Shown: positions 25,622-34,773 of the stretch, piece by piece
How the letters are laid out: each line of letters begins with the position of its first letter
Position numbering within the stretch: position 1 is the stretch's first letter
Virus genome (UHGV): UHGV-1365945
Direction: 5' to 3' (one strand)
Origin: a virus
Length of the DNA: 40,754 nucleotides
Made by a program: the position numbers and the translations under genes
Notes under the pieces: model-generated
The model's database searches: none
The model's input: the letters and a program-made list of their open reading frames with translations, nothing else
What the model was told of the DNA's origin: nothing

Positions 25622-25976
25622 TGGACTAGCTGGAATTTCTAAAAAACTAAAGAGAAATGTTCAACTTGATGATGTGAAAAAAGTTGTTAGAAATAACACA
25701 GCAGAATTAACCGCTAATATGCAAGCTGAAGCCGAAAAGGTGTTAACTGGACACTGGGAAGGTAAAAAGTTTGTTAAACCTACAGGGGCAACAAAAAGAA
25801 GTATCGTTATGAGGCTTTCGAACAATGGTTTTTCTGGGCATACAGGACCAGGAACAGAATACGCACCGTATTTAATAAACGGTACGAGATTTATGGTGAA
25901 ACGTGATTTCTTTTTACCACCGCTGAAACAACAAAAAGTGAAATTTAGAACGGACTTGGAAAGGTTGATGAAATGA
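25596..25976 (+). CDS. HK97 gp10-family tail-component protein
   Basis: [17 protein letters not shown]...[13 protein letters not shown]...YAPYLINGT motifs typical of the HK97 gp10 family. Start at ATG 25596 (RBS GGAAGTG). Confidence 0.6.
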   Translation: MARSQVRINGLAGISKKLKRNVQLDDVKKVVRNNTAELTANMQAEAEKVLTGHWEGKKFVKPTGATKRSIVMRLSNNGFSGHTGPGTEYAPYLINGTRFMVKRDFFLPPLKQQKVKFRTDLERLMK

Positions 25977-26362
25977 TTAAAACAAGAGATCAATCAATCT
26001 TCGATGAAGTGTATAAGAAGTGTCAATCACTGGGTTATGAAACCTACGATTATAAACCTATGAATGATGTAGGTTATCCATTTGTCGAATTAGAAGATAC
26101 TCAGACACTGCACCAAGCCAATAAAACTGATATTAAAGGTTCGGTTACATTGAATCTATCTGTATGGGGATTGGCAAAAAAACGTAAACAAATATCGGAT
26201 ATGGCTTCAGCAATTTTTGCTGAGGCTCTATCTATTTCTGAAACGGAAGGTTATTATTGGTCGCTTAATATTCAATCAAGCGGTATTCGGGTAGTAGATG
26301 ACATTTCGACTAACACACCATTGAAGCGGGCAATGATATCTTTAGAATTCAAAATACTATAG
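25973..26362 (+). CDS. Tail completion protein (129 aa)
   Basis: Coupled ORF directly before the major tail gene. Confidence 0.5.
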   Translation: MIKTRDQSIFDEVYKKCQSLGYETYDYKPMNDVGYPFVELEDTQTLHQANKTDIKGSVTLNLSVWGLAKKRKQISDMASAIFAEALSISETEGYYWSLNIQSSGIRVVDDISTNTPLKRAMISLEFKIL

Positions 26363-26377
26363 AGAGAAGGAATATAA

Positions 26378-26908
26378 ATGGCTAATGAAGCAAAAGTAGC
26401 GGCTAAAGGTATTGATATTATTTTACTTTTCCGTTTGTTAAAAAAATCAAAAGAGGAAGCAGCATGGAAATTAGCTTTCCAGACAGAACATGAAAATACA
26501 AAAACAAAAGATAGTGACTCCGTGGCCACTAAAGATGGTCCGATTCGTATCCCAGGATCATTGGAAATTGATTTTTCAGCAACATCTATTTTATCAGTCG
26601 GTGATCCGTATGTTGATCAACTAGAAGAAGCTTTAGACAATGACGATATTATTGAAATTTGGGAAATCAACAAAGCAGAAAAAGGTACAGGAGATAATGC
26701 TGACAAGTACAAGGCAACCTATTACCAAGGATATGTAACATCATTTGGTAAATCGCCTAATGCTGAAGACACCGTAGAAGTTTCATTAGAATTTGGTATC
26801 AATGGTAAAGGCGCAAAAGGATTTGCAACATTAACTGCTGATCAAGAAGAAGTAGTTCAATATGTCTTCAAAGATACGACTATTGAAACAGCTGATCCGG
26901 GAAAGTAG
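26378..26908 (+). CDS. Major tail protein (short form), plus a long form via canonical -1 frameshift at G GGA AAG (26899-26905) extended to 26970
   Basis: 176-aa ORF in the major-tail position. A lambda-type slippery heptamer G_GGA_AAG is in the 0 frame two codons before the stop. The -1 frame encodes VDSPSVGSVTPTVDGASIELS. A stem-loop (AGCCC..CTGT..ACAG..GGGCT) lies 5 nt downstream. Confidence 0.75.
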   Translation: MANEAKVAAKGIDIILLFRLLKKSKEEAAWKLAFQTEHENTKTKDSDSVATKDGPIRIPGSLEIDFSATSILSVGDPYVDQLEEALDNDDIIEIWEINKAEKGTGDNADKYKATYYQGYVTSFGKSPNAEDTVEVSLEFGINGKGAKGFATLTADQEEVVQYVFKDTTIETADPGK

Positions 26909-26985
26909 ATAGCCCTTCTGTGGGAAGTGTAACTCCTACAGTCGATGGGGCTTCTATTGAATTAAGCTAAGAAAGGAAAATAAAT

Positions 26986-27444
26986 ATGGTGGATACTTTT
27001 AAAATTTATAAAGGCCAAACCGAAGTTGTTTCCGGCACATCACCTTTAACTATAACAGGAATGGGACCTAACACCTCTGTGCCAGTTGGTGAGTACCAAG
27101 TAACTCGTGTTGTTAATGGGAAAGAATCAGAGCGAGTAGATATTCCAGCTTTTAAAACATTGTCTATTGCTGTAACTGGCTTAGAGTTTTCTCCTAAAAC
27201 ATCAACAGCAGATGCGGGTACTGCAGGTAGCCGACAAATCACAGCAACTGTCTTGCCTGAAAATGCAACCAACAAAAAAGTAACCTATAAGATTACGCCT
27301 GAAACAGAAGGTCTTGCTGTCTCTGAAACAGGAAATATTACTTGGACAGAAGCGGTACCGGCTGGTGTTTATACCACAACAGGAACAACAGAGGATGGTA
27401 AAAAAACAGCTCAACACACCTTAACATTGAATAATCAAGCTTAA
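26986..27444 (+). CDS. Bacterial Ig-like (Big_2-type) domain protein, probably a tail decoration protein
   Basis: Thr/Gly/Val-rich beta-sandwich-like sequence (ITATVLPENATNKKVTYKITPETEGLAVSETGNITW). Own RBS GAAAGGAAAA. Confidence 0.55.
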   Translation: MVDTFKIYKGQTEVVSGTSPLTITGMGPNTSVPVGEYQVTRVVNGKESERVDIPAFKTLSIAVTGLEFSPKTSTADAGTAGSRQITATVLPENATNKKVTYKITPETEGLAVSETGNITWTEAVPAGVYTTTGTTEDGKKTAQHTLTLNNQA

Positions 27445-27457
27445 AATATAAATTTAG

Positions 27458-27490
27458 AGGGCAGCTTAGCGGCTGTCCTTTTCTTATGGA
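27458..27490 (+). terminator. Terminator/attenuator hairpin (GGGCAGC-ttagc-GGCTGTCC followed by TTTTCTT) after the major tail and Ig genes
   Basis: 7-bp stem with one G-U pair, followed by a T run. Confidence 0.5.
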
Positions 27491-27499
27491 GGAAAAGAC

Positions 27500-27850
27500 A
27501 TGCAAATCGAAATTAAAGGAAAAAAATATAACTGTATTTTTGGAGTCAAGTTTATTCGTGAATTGGATAAGCAGCATGGGGTAGTTCGCAATGATGTAAA
27601 TCTTGGGATGGGACTAACAACATCATTACCGCAGCTAGTAAGTGGAAATATCGTTGTTTTATCTGATGTACTTTACACAGCTACCATTACGGAAAAAAGT
27701 AGACCTTCTAAGGATGAAGTAGATGAGTTTGTTGAAACTGTTGATGATATTGAGGCGTTATTTGATGAAACGTTGAAAAACTTAGAAGAAAGCAATGCGG
27801 GAAAGTTAACGGTCAGAAATTTCAAGAAAGCTCTGATGGAGAACAAGTAA
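27500..27850 (+). CDS. Tail assembly chaperone (gpG-like)
   Basis: Position before the tape measure gene. Contains slippery heptamer G GGA AAG at 27799-27805 in the 0 frame. Confidence 0.65.
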   Translation: MQIEIKGKKYNCIFGVKFIRELDKQHGVVRNDVNLGMGLTTSLPQLVSGNIVVLSDVLYTATITEKSRPSKDEVDEFVETVDDIEALFDETLKNLEESNAGKLTVRNFKKALMENK

Positions 27851-28200
27851 GAGAGGAACTAACCTCAGCTGAAGCTTATGAAAATATTCTTATTAATTGT
27901 TTTCGTTACCTAGAAATTACTGATTTATCAGAAATTGAACGAATGACTTTGTATGAATATGAAGTTAGGCTATTGGCGTTTCAGTTAAAAAGACTTGACC
28001 ATGAAAGAGACCTCTATCTCCAAGCTTGGCTAAATAACCAAATCAAGGCGACTAAAGGTAAAAAATCTGAACCTTATTTCAAGGAATTCAATAAGTTTTT
28101 TAATTATGAAGAACAAGAAAAGTTAATTTTGGGTAAGTCATTAATTGATGAAAAGATTGATATAGGGGCAATTGATTTATTAAGAAAAGCAAATAAGTAG
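27500..28200 (+). CDS. Tail assembly chaperone fusion (gpGT-like) made by -1 programmed frameshift at 27799-27805
   Basis: The -1 frame is open from 27769 to 28200 and continues in ORF 27943..28200. Canonical G_GGA_AAG heptamer. Confidence 0.6.
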
Positions 28201-28212
28201 GAAAGGAGGAAA

Positions 28213-31200
28213 ATGATGGAATCATATTCAGTCGAAGCAATACTTACTGCCACTGATAGAACGTTTAGTAGCACGATGAGTAGCGCTGAACGTTCTATGG
28301 CTGGTGTAAACAAGCAATCTGGTGAGCTAGGGGATGGATTGGATAAAAGCACCACTAAAGGGAATCAATTAGGCAAATCAATTCTTAGTATTGGAGCAGG
28401 TGTGGGTGCCGTAAAATTAGTGTCTACGGCCGTAAATATGGTTAAGGATTCTGTTGAAGGAGCTATTAACCGTTTTGATACGTTGAATAAATATCCTGTA
28501 GTTATGAAGGCTCTAGGTTACTCAACAGAAGATGTAGATAGATCAATGACTAAGTTAAGTGATGGAATTGATGGGCTTCCTACATCGTTAGATGAAATCG
28601 TATCAAATACGCAACAGTTAGCAATTTCAACTGGTAGCTTGAGTAAAGGAACTGACACAGCTATTGCATTAAATGATGCCTTTCTTGCTTCTGGAGCTTC
28701 AACTGCTGATGCAACTCGTGGTATGCAACAATATATTCAAATGCTCGGTAAGGGTGAAGTTGATATGCAGTCTTGGCGAACATTACAAGAAACAATGCCG
28801 ATTGCGATGGATAAAGTTGCTAAGTCTTTCAAAGAACAAGGTGTAAACTCAGTTAACCAATTATACGATGCCTTAAAAGAAGGAGATATTACATTTAATG
28901 AGTTCAATAATCGTTTGATTGAGTTGGACAAAGGCGTAGGTGGTTTTGCGGATTTAGCCAAGAAAAACTCAAAAGGTATCAAGACCTCATGGGCAAATAT
29001 TAAAACAGCCACCGTTAAAGGTGTAACTACAGTTATTAAATCATTTGATGAATTATCCAAAGCGGTGACAGGGAAAAATATTGCCGAAAATTTGGACTCT
29101 TTAAAAAATGTAGTGAATATAACTTTTAAGGCAATTGATGCAGCGATTCAATCAACTATCCCATTGATGAAACTATTCGGAAAAGCTATTACTTCGATAG
29201 GTACAGCTTTAACACCATTACTACCAACAATTGCCAGTTTTGCTGCCACCTTTACAGCGTTGAAAGTAATTCAGCAAGTGACAGGCTATATAAAACAATC
29301 TGAATTGGCAATCAAAGCTTATACAACCGCAATAAGTTTATACAATGGAATATCAAAACTGGCTACGTTATCTACAACAGCACTCGGAAGAGCATGGATG
29401 TTAAACTTAGCAGCCGATAAAGCCAATTCTGCAGCAATAGCAATAAAAACTGGTCTTTTAGTGGCGCAAAATACAATCGTTGGTGTTTTGACGGGAACAA
29501 TTAGTTTAGCTACAGTAGCTACAACTGTTTTTAGTACCGCTATGAAATTGTTGATGGGCCCTATTGGTTGGGTAACAGCTGCAATAGGAGGGCTAGTAGC
29601 TGTAGGGGTAAACTTGTGGAAATGGTTAAATAAGGAAACTGAATCAACTAAGGCAGTTAAAAAAGAACAAGAAAACCTTATGAAAACTACAGATGACTTG
29701 ATTAAAAAGAATCAAGAACATACCCAATCACGAAAAGATGAAGCTATTGAATTGAATAATACTAAAGAAAAATTCCAATCTATGATTTCTGAAATGGAAA
29801 TGCTCTCTGCTAAAGAAAAATTAAGCAACAGCGAGAAAAAACGTATGGTGGAAATTGTTGAGGAATTGAACGGTAAAATGACAGGTTTAAACTTAGTTTA
29901 TGACGATCAAAAAAATATTTTATCTGAAATGCCTGGAACAATTCAACAACAAGTTGATGCCTATAATGCTTTAGATGAAGCTTCTCAAGCTCAAGAAAAC
30001 ATTAATCAAATGTTAAAAGAACGAAATGATAATGAAGCGAAGCTGATGGAAATTAATGCCGCTAGAGAAAAATGGAATCAGACATTAAAAGAATCTGGCG
30101 GGAATACAAAAGAAGCTCGTGAAAATATTGAAAAGTTGGGCGAGCAAGAGCAAGTGTTAAAGGGCGTTCAACAAGAATTGACGAATGAAATTATAAATAC
30201 AGCTAATGCCCATGAACAATCAATGCAGCGTGCAAGCCAAGCTGTGGAAAATGGTGTGTTAAATCAAACAGTTTCATACAATGCTTTAAGTGGTAAGACG
30301 AAAGAAACAATGGATGCAATGCGTTCAGAATATTCATCACTTGAAGAAAAAGTAGGGAGCGCCTTTGATGTTATCCAGCAAAAACAAGCTATTTCAGTTG
30401 ATCAAATGGCTGAAAATTTACAAAAAAATCAAGAAGCTGTTAGCCAATGGAGCACTAACATTGCTGCGTTAGCACAGCGAGGGGTAGATGAAGGGCTTTT
30501 AGAGCAACTACGGAAAATGGGTCCTGAAGGTGCTGCTCAAGCGGCAGAATTAGTTAATTCTTCAGACGAACAATTACAACGCTTGAATGATGTCTATCGT
30601 AATACCGGTGAAACTTCCATGAATGCAATGAAAGAAGGTTATCAATTAGGCAAAAATGGTTTGAACGAGGAAATTCAAGCTCTTATACCAACTCAAAAAG
30701 AAACTTTGATGACTCAAATTAAGAATACAGACTTTAACAGCGTGGGTCTAAGTGTAACTGATGATTTTAAAGCAGGTATTGAAAATGGCCGTAGATCTGT
30801 TGAGGAAATGACAAAAGGAATTGTTCCTAAAGTCGGGGAAGATATGAAAGGTGAAGTACAGAAGGCAGATTTTTCAGGTATTGGTAAATCTATCCCGCAA
30901 GGTTTAGAAAAAGGGGTAGAGGCTAACAAACAATTACCTGTAAAAACATCTAATCAAATGATTGATGATGTTGTTTCTGGTGCCAGAAAAGGTTTAGATT
31001 CTCACTCTCCTTCTCGTGTATTTCACTCAATTGGTGAAGATGTTGATTCTGGATTATCAAACGGTATCGAACAAAACGCAATGAATCCTGTAAGAGCTGT
31101 TGAGTCTATTGTTGATAAAATAATTTCTGCAATGGATAAATTGCCATCAGAAATGAATTCTATCGGAGCAAATGCAATTGATGGATTGACTAATGGTATT

Positions 31201-31623
31201 AATGCTAATGCTAATAGCGCTTTAGCTGCAGCAAGAGGTGTGGCAGATCAAATTGTAAGTACAATGAAAAGTGCTATGGATATTCATTCTCCCTCACGTG
31301 TAATGCGTGATGAAGTAGGTAAAATGATTCCAGCAGGAGTAGCGGTTGGTATTGATAAATATTCAAACTTTGTAGAAAAATCTATGCAACGACTAAGTAA
31401 AAAGGTAGCCATGCCAGCGCTGGATAATTTAAATTCAAATCTGTCATTTAGTGGAGGATCACAAAGCTTAGCATTTGCTGGAGATGTATCTTCAAAATTC
31501 ACTGTAGAGGTACCTGTTATTTTCGATAGTTCAGAGGTTGCAAGGGTTATTGCTAAACCAATGAGTAAAGAATTACAGAATCAACAAGATAAAAAGAATG
31601 TTTCTTTAGGAAGGAGGCGCTAA
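28213..31623 (+). CDS. Tail tape measure protein (1136 aa)
   Basis: Size, coiled-coil/TM-rich composition and position. Repeated HSPSRV motif. Confidence 0.85.
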   Translation: MMESYSVEAILTATDRTFSSTMSSAERSMAGVNKQSGELGDGLDKSTTKGNQLGKSILSIGAGVGAVKLVSTAVNMVKDSVEGAINRFDTLNKYPVVMKALGYSTEDVDRSMTKLSDGIDGLPTSLDEIVSNTQQLAISTGSLSKGTDTAIALNDAFLASGASTADATRGMQQYIQMLGKGEVDMQSWRTLQETMPIAMDKVAKSFKEQGVNSVNQLYDALKEGDITFNEFNNRLIELDKGVGGFADLAKKNSKGIKTSWANIKTATVKGVTTVIKSFDELSKAVTGKNIAENLDSLKNVVNITFKAIDAAIQSTIPLMKLFGKAITSIGTALTPLLPTIASFAATFTALKVIQQVTGYIKQSELAIKAYTTAISLYNGISKLATLSTTALGRAWMLNLAADKANSAAIAIKTGLLVAQNTIVGVLTGTISLATVATTVFSTAMKLLMGPIGWVTAAIGGLVAVGVNLWKWLNKETESTKAVKKEQENLMKTTDDLIKKNQEHTQSRKDEAIELNNTKEKFQSMISEMEMLSAKEKLSNSEKKRMVEIVEELNGKMTGLNLVYDDQKNILSEMPGTIQQQVDAYNALDEASQAQENINQMLKERNDNEAKLMEINAAREKWNQTLKESGGNTKEARENIEKLGEQEQVLKGVQQELTNEIINTANAHEQSMQRASQAVENGVLNQTVSYNALSGKTKETMDAMRSEYSSLEEKVGSAFDVIQQKQAISVDQMAENLQKNQEAVSQWSTNIAALAQRGVDEGLLEQLRKMGPEGAAQAAELVNSSDEQLQRLNDVYRNTGETSMNAMKEGYQLGKNGLNEEIQALIPTQKETLMTQIKNTDFNSVGLSVTDDFKAGIENGRRSVEEMTKGIVPKVGEDMKGEVQKADFSGIGKSIPQGLEKGVEANKQLPVKTSNQMIDDVVSGARKGLDSHSPSRVFHSIGEDVDSGLSNGIEQNAMNPVRAVESIVDKIISAMDKLPSEMNSIGANAIDGLTNGINANANSALAAARGVADQIVSTMKSAMDIHSPSRVMRDEVGKMIPAGVAVGIDKYSNFVEKSMQRLSKKVAMPALDNLNSNLSFSGGSQSLAFAGDVSSKFTVEVPVIFDSSEVARVIAKPMSKELQNQQDKKNVSLGRRR

Positions 31624-32553
31624 ATGTTATACAACTTTATTGATGTAAATGAACAACAAACAAAAGCCTCTTTGCCTTCGGAAGCCATGAATTTTAATGG
31701 TTCCTTTTTAGAAGATTTAGTTCCAGGTTATAGAACATTATCTGTTGTTGGAAGAGAGTTAGCTCCCACTGAAATACAAAGCTACCAGTTGGGAATTCGT
31801 GATGGAATGCGACATGTTTATGCTCGTATTCCAGAAAGAGAATTAACGGTTAAATTCAAAGTTGAGGCTAACTCTAACGAAGCTTTTAGGGATTCTTTTA
31901 ATAGACTAAATGTTGCTTTGTTCACAGAAAAAGATGTACAGATTTGGTTTAATGATGAACCAGAAATGCTTTGGTCAGGTAGCAAGTCAGACATTGATGC
32001 AGTTCCTGAAGGATTGAATCGTGTCGTTGGTACATTTACAATCTTGTTGAATAATCCATATAAATATACTCGAAGCGATGCTACTAGTGTTATGTGGGGT
32101 TCTACAGAAATAACGTTTCAGGCTAACTATCTTATGGGTAATACTGGATCAGGGGCTGTTGACTTACCAATTACGATTGAAGGCGGAGCATACTGGGGAT
32201 CTACTATGATTACTTTTCAAAATCGTTCCTATTTAATGGGAGATAACGGTCAAGAAGTGAAGCCGATTGAAATATATCCAACTGTCGAAGGATTAAAAGT
32301 AAAACCGATTATTACTATAAAAGGCACTGGTAGAGGCGTGTGGATAAAAACTAGAAGCGATACTATTGATATTGGTGATTTTGATAAATCAGAAATAGTG
32401 ATTGATACAGAACAGTTTAATATTACGAAAAATGGGAAGCCAATGATTCGTCCTATGAACGATTTTTATATTTATCCAAATGAGCCACTATACATCCAAG
32501 CGAAAGATAGTACTTTTAATCTAACTATTCGATATCCAAATCGTTTCTTATAG
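31624..32553 (+). CDS. Distal tail protein (Dit-like)
   Basis: 309 aa immediately after the tape measure gene (taaATG overlap). Confidence 0.65.
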   Translation: MLYNFIDVNEQQTKASLPSEAMNFNGSFLEDLVPGYRTLSVVGRELAPTEIQSYQLGIRDGMRHVYARIPERELTVKFKVEANSNEAFRDSFNRLNVALFTEKDVQIWFNDEPEMLWSGSKSDIDAVPEGLNRVVGTFTILLNNPYKYTRSDATSVMWGSTEITFQANYLMGNTGSGAVDLPITIEGGAYWGSTMITFQNRSYLMGDNGQEVKPIEIYPTVEGLKVKPIITIKGTGRGVWIKTRSDTIDIGDFDKSEIVIDTEQFNITKNGKPMIRPMNDFYIYPNEPLYIQAKDSTFNLTIRYPNRFL

Positions 32554-32569
32554 GAGGTGTTGCTAAAAT

Positions 32570-34588
32570 ATGTTGATGGCAATGGATTTAAAAAGAGAAT
32601 ATACGGCAGTTTTAGATAACGCCTATAATGTTGGATATGAAAAAATTGAAAACCAAATAGGTAACCTAGAATTTTCAATGCCGTTGGATGATCCTAAAAA
32701 TGAATTTTTGCAAGAAATGTTATGGGTTGAACTAACAGATAATGAGAATGAATATATAGGGTTATACCGTGTTATGCCTTCAACCGTTCGCAAAGATGCT
32801 AGTAACAATTCGATCACGTATACGGCAAATGAAGCCTTGTGTACTTTGCTAGACACAGTTCTTTTTGGTTATCATGAACTAGTGAACCGAAAAACGATTG
32901 ATGTTATTAACTATCTTTTGAATAAACAAAGGACAAAACACTGGGTTTTAAAAAAATGTGAATTCACTCGGTATTTTAGTTATGCATGGGAAAATGAAAA
33001 TGGTCTCGCTGATGCCTTGTTTAGTATTCCTCAAGCATTTGATGAAGACTACATGTGGCAATGGAATACCAAAGTTTATCCATTCGAATTATCTTTAGTG
33101 AAGCCACCAAAAGAACCTGTTGCTCGTATTCAAGAAGGATATAACATGCAAGGGTTTGAGATTGAAAGAGATCCTAACAATTTAGTTAATCGAGTTTATC
33201 CTTTAGGTGCTGGTGAAGGCGTCAATCAGATAAATATTAAATCAGTAAATAAAAACATTCCTTATGTAGAAGATGCAAAGTCTATAAAAGAACATGGTTT
33301 AGTTGAATATGTTTGGGTAGACCAACGATTCACAGTTCCACAAGCTTTAAAAGACAATGCAATCAACATGTTAAAAAAATGGGCACAACCTAAAATTTCT
33401 TGGGATGTGACTGCGGCTGATTTATTGAAATTAACAGATGAACCTTTAAGCATTGATAAGTTAAGACAAGGAACTGTAATTATGATTAACACAGATGATT
33501 TTGGAAGTATAAATTTGCGTATTAAAAAAGAGTCAAAACAGGATGTGTTCGGCGCCCCACAAGATATTCAGCTAGAGCTTGGTAATTTATCTGACGATTT
33601 TACTACAACAATGTCTGATTTGAAACGTAAACAGGAAATAAATGAGACATACTCGCAAGGTGCAACGAATATTTTGAACTACAGTTATCAAGATAACTGC
33701 GAAAAGGCATACCCAGCAGAAATTGAATTCTTTTTAGATGATGATGTATTTCATGTAAACACTGTAGAACTGACTTTTAAAACTAAGCGTTATCGTGGTT
33801 ATACAAAAGCCGTAAAAGGCGGGGGAGCTACAGTAAAAAGTACGTCAGCTGGTGGAGCTTCAACACAAACGAGTTCAGCTGGTGGCGGAAGTGTCGTTTC
33901 AAGTTCAGCTGGAGGAGGTTATTCTAGTGGATCCACCACAGGTGGTGGTGGAGGTAGTATTCAATCTAGTTCTGTAAATGGTCAAAGCTCACAAACAAGT
34001 TCAGCAGGTGGAGATCATAATCACCTAGTTGCATCTAATAATGGTAGCACTGAATCAAGTGCATTTTATCGAGAAATGGATGCGGGGTCAGGTATGAGAT
34101 TTAGACTAATGTCGACTGCATCAACAGATTGGTACACAAAGACGAGCTCAGGTAATCATACTCATAATGTGACTACACCGGCACATTCCCACACAGTGAA
34201 TACACCTAACCATAGTCACAATTTTAATATTTCTATACCAAACCATACTCACAGCATATCGGTTCCTAGCCATAGCCACCAAGTTAGAATACCGGCACAT
34301 ACGCACCAAATTACTTTGCCTGATCATAGCCATCCATTAGAATGGGGGATTTATGAGGCGCCAAGTAGCGCAACTAGTGTTGATATAGTTGTAGATGGTA
34401 CCACCATTCCAATTCATGATACTAGCCAACAAAGACTAAACATTGTTAATTACCTTAGGAAAACTAGTGGAGGCAAGATCTCTAGAGGTAATCATACAAT
34501 TAAGATAATACCTAACAAACTTGCACGAATCGAAGCGCAGGTTATTTGTCGTGTCTTTATACAATCGCAATTAGGAGGACAATTTTAA
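32570..34588 (+). CDS. Tail-associated (Tal-like) structural protein with Ser/Gly-rich linker repeats and histidine-triad (HxH) octad repeats
   Basis: 672 aa after Dit. The N-terminus is like the 'phage minor structural protein N-terminal region'. Residues ~420-480 carry SSAGG repeats. Residues ~530-590 read GNHTHNVTTPAHSHTVNTPNHSHNFNISIPNHTHSISVPSHSHQVRIPAHTHQITLPDHSHP. Confidence 0.7.
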   Translation: MLMAMDLKREYTAVLDNAYNVGYEKIENQIGNLEFSMPLDDPKNEFLQEMLWVELTDNENEYIGLYRVMPSTVRKDASNNSITYTANEALCTLLDTVLFGYHELVNRKTIDVINYLLNKQRTKHWVLKKCEFTRYFSYAWENENGLADALFSIPQAFDEDYMWQWNTKVYPFELSLVKPPKEPVARIQEGYNMQGFEIERDPNNLVNRVYPLGAGEGVNQINIKSVNKNIPYVEDAKSIKEHGLVEYVWVDQRFTVPQALKDNAINMLKKWAQPKISWDVTAADLLKLTDEPLSIDKLRQGTVIMINTDDFGSINLRIKKESKQDVFGAPQDIQLELGNLSDDFTTTMSDLKRKQEINETYSQGATNILNYSYQDNCEKAYPAEIEFFLDDDVFHVNTVELTFKTKRYRGYTKAVKGGGATVKSTSAGGASTQTSSAGGGSVVSSSAGGGYSSGSTTGGGGGSIQSSSVNGQSSQTSSAGGDHNHLVASNNGSTESSAFYREMDAGSGMRFRLMSTASTDWYTKTSSGNHTHNVTTPAHSHTVNTPNHSHNFNISIPNHTHSISVPSHSHQVRIPAHTHQITLPDHSHPLEWGIYEAPSSATSVDIVVDGTTIPIHDTSQQRLNIVNYLRKTSGGKISRGNHTIKIIPNKLARIEAQVICRVFIQSQLGGQF

Positions 34589-34762
34589 ATGAGATTAACA
34601 GTAAAATTAATTAGCAAACAAGAAGAATTTATAGTTAATGATGAATCAGGAAAAACATTAGATGATTATTTTACAGAACTGATTGATAATAGTTCACCAT
34701 TCATCAAGATAGGAAATCGTATTTTACAAAAAGCCACGATTGAATACATTAATGCAGAATAG
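34589..34762 (+). CDS. Small hypothetical structural-module protein (57 aa)
   Basis: ATG directly after the previous stop. RBS AGGAGG 9 nt upstream. Confidence 0.4.
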   Translation: MRLTVKLISKQEEFIVNDESGKTLDDYFTELIDNSSPFIKIGNRILQKATIEYINAE

Positions 34763-34773
34763 GAGTGATGGAT

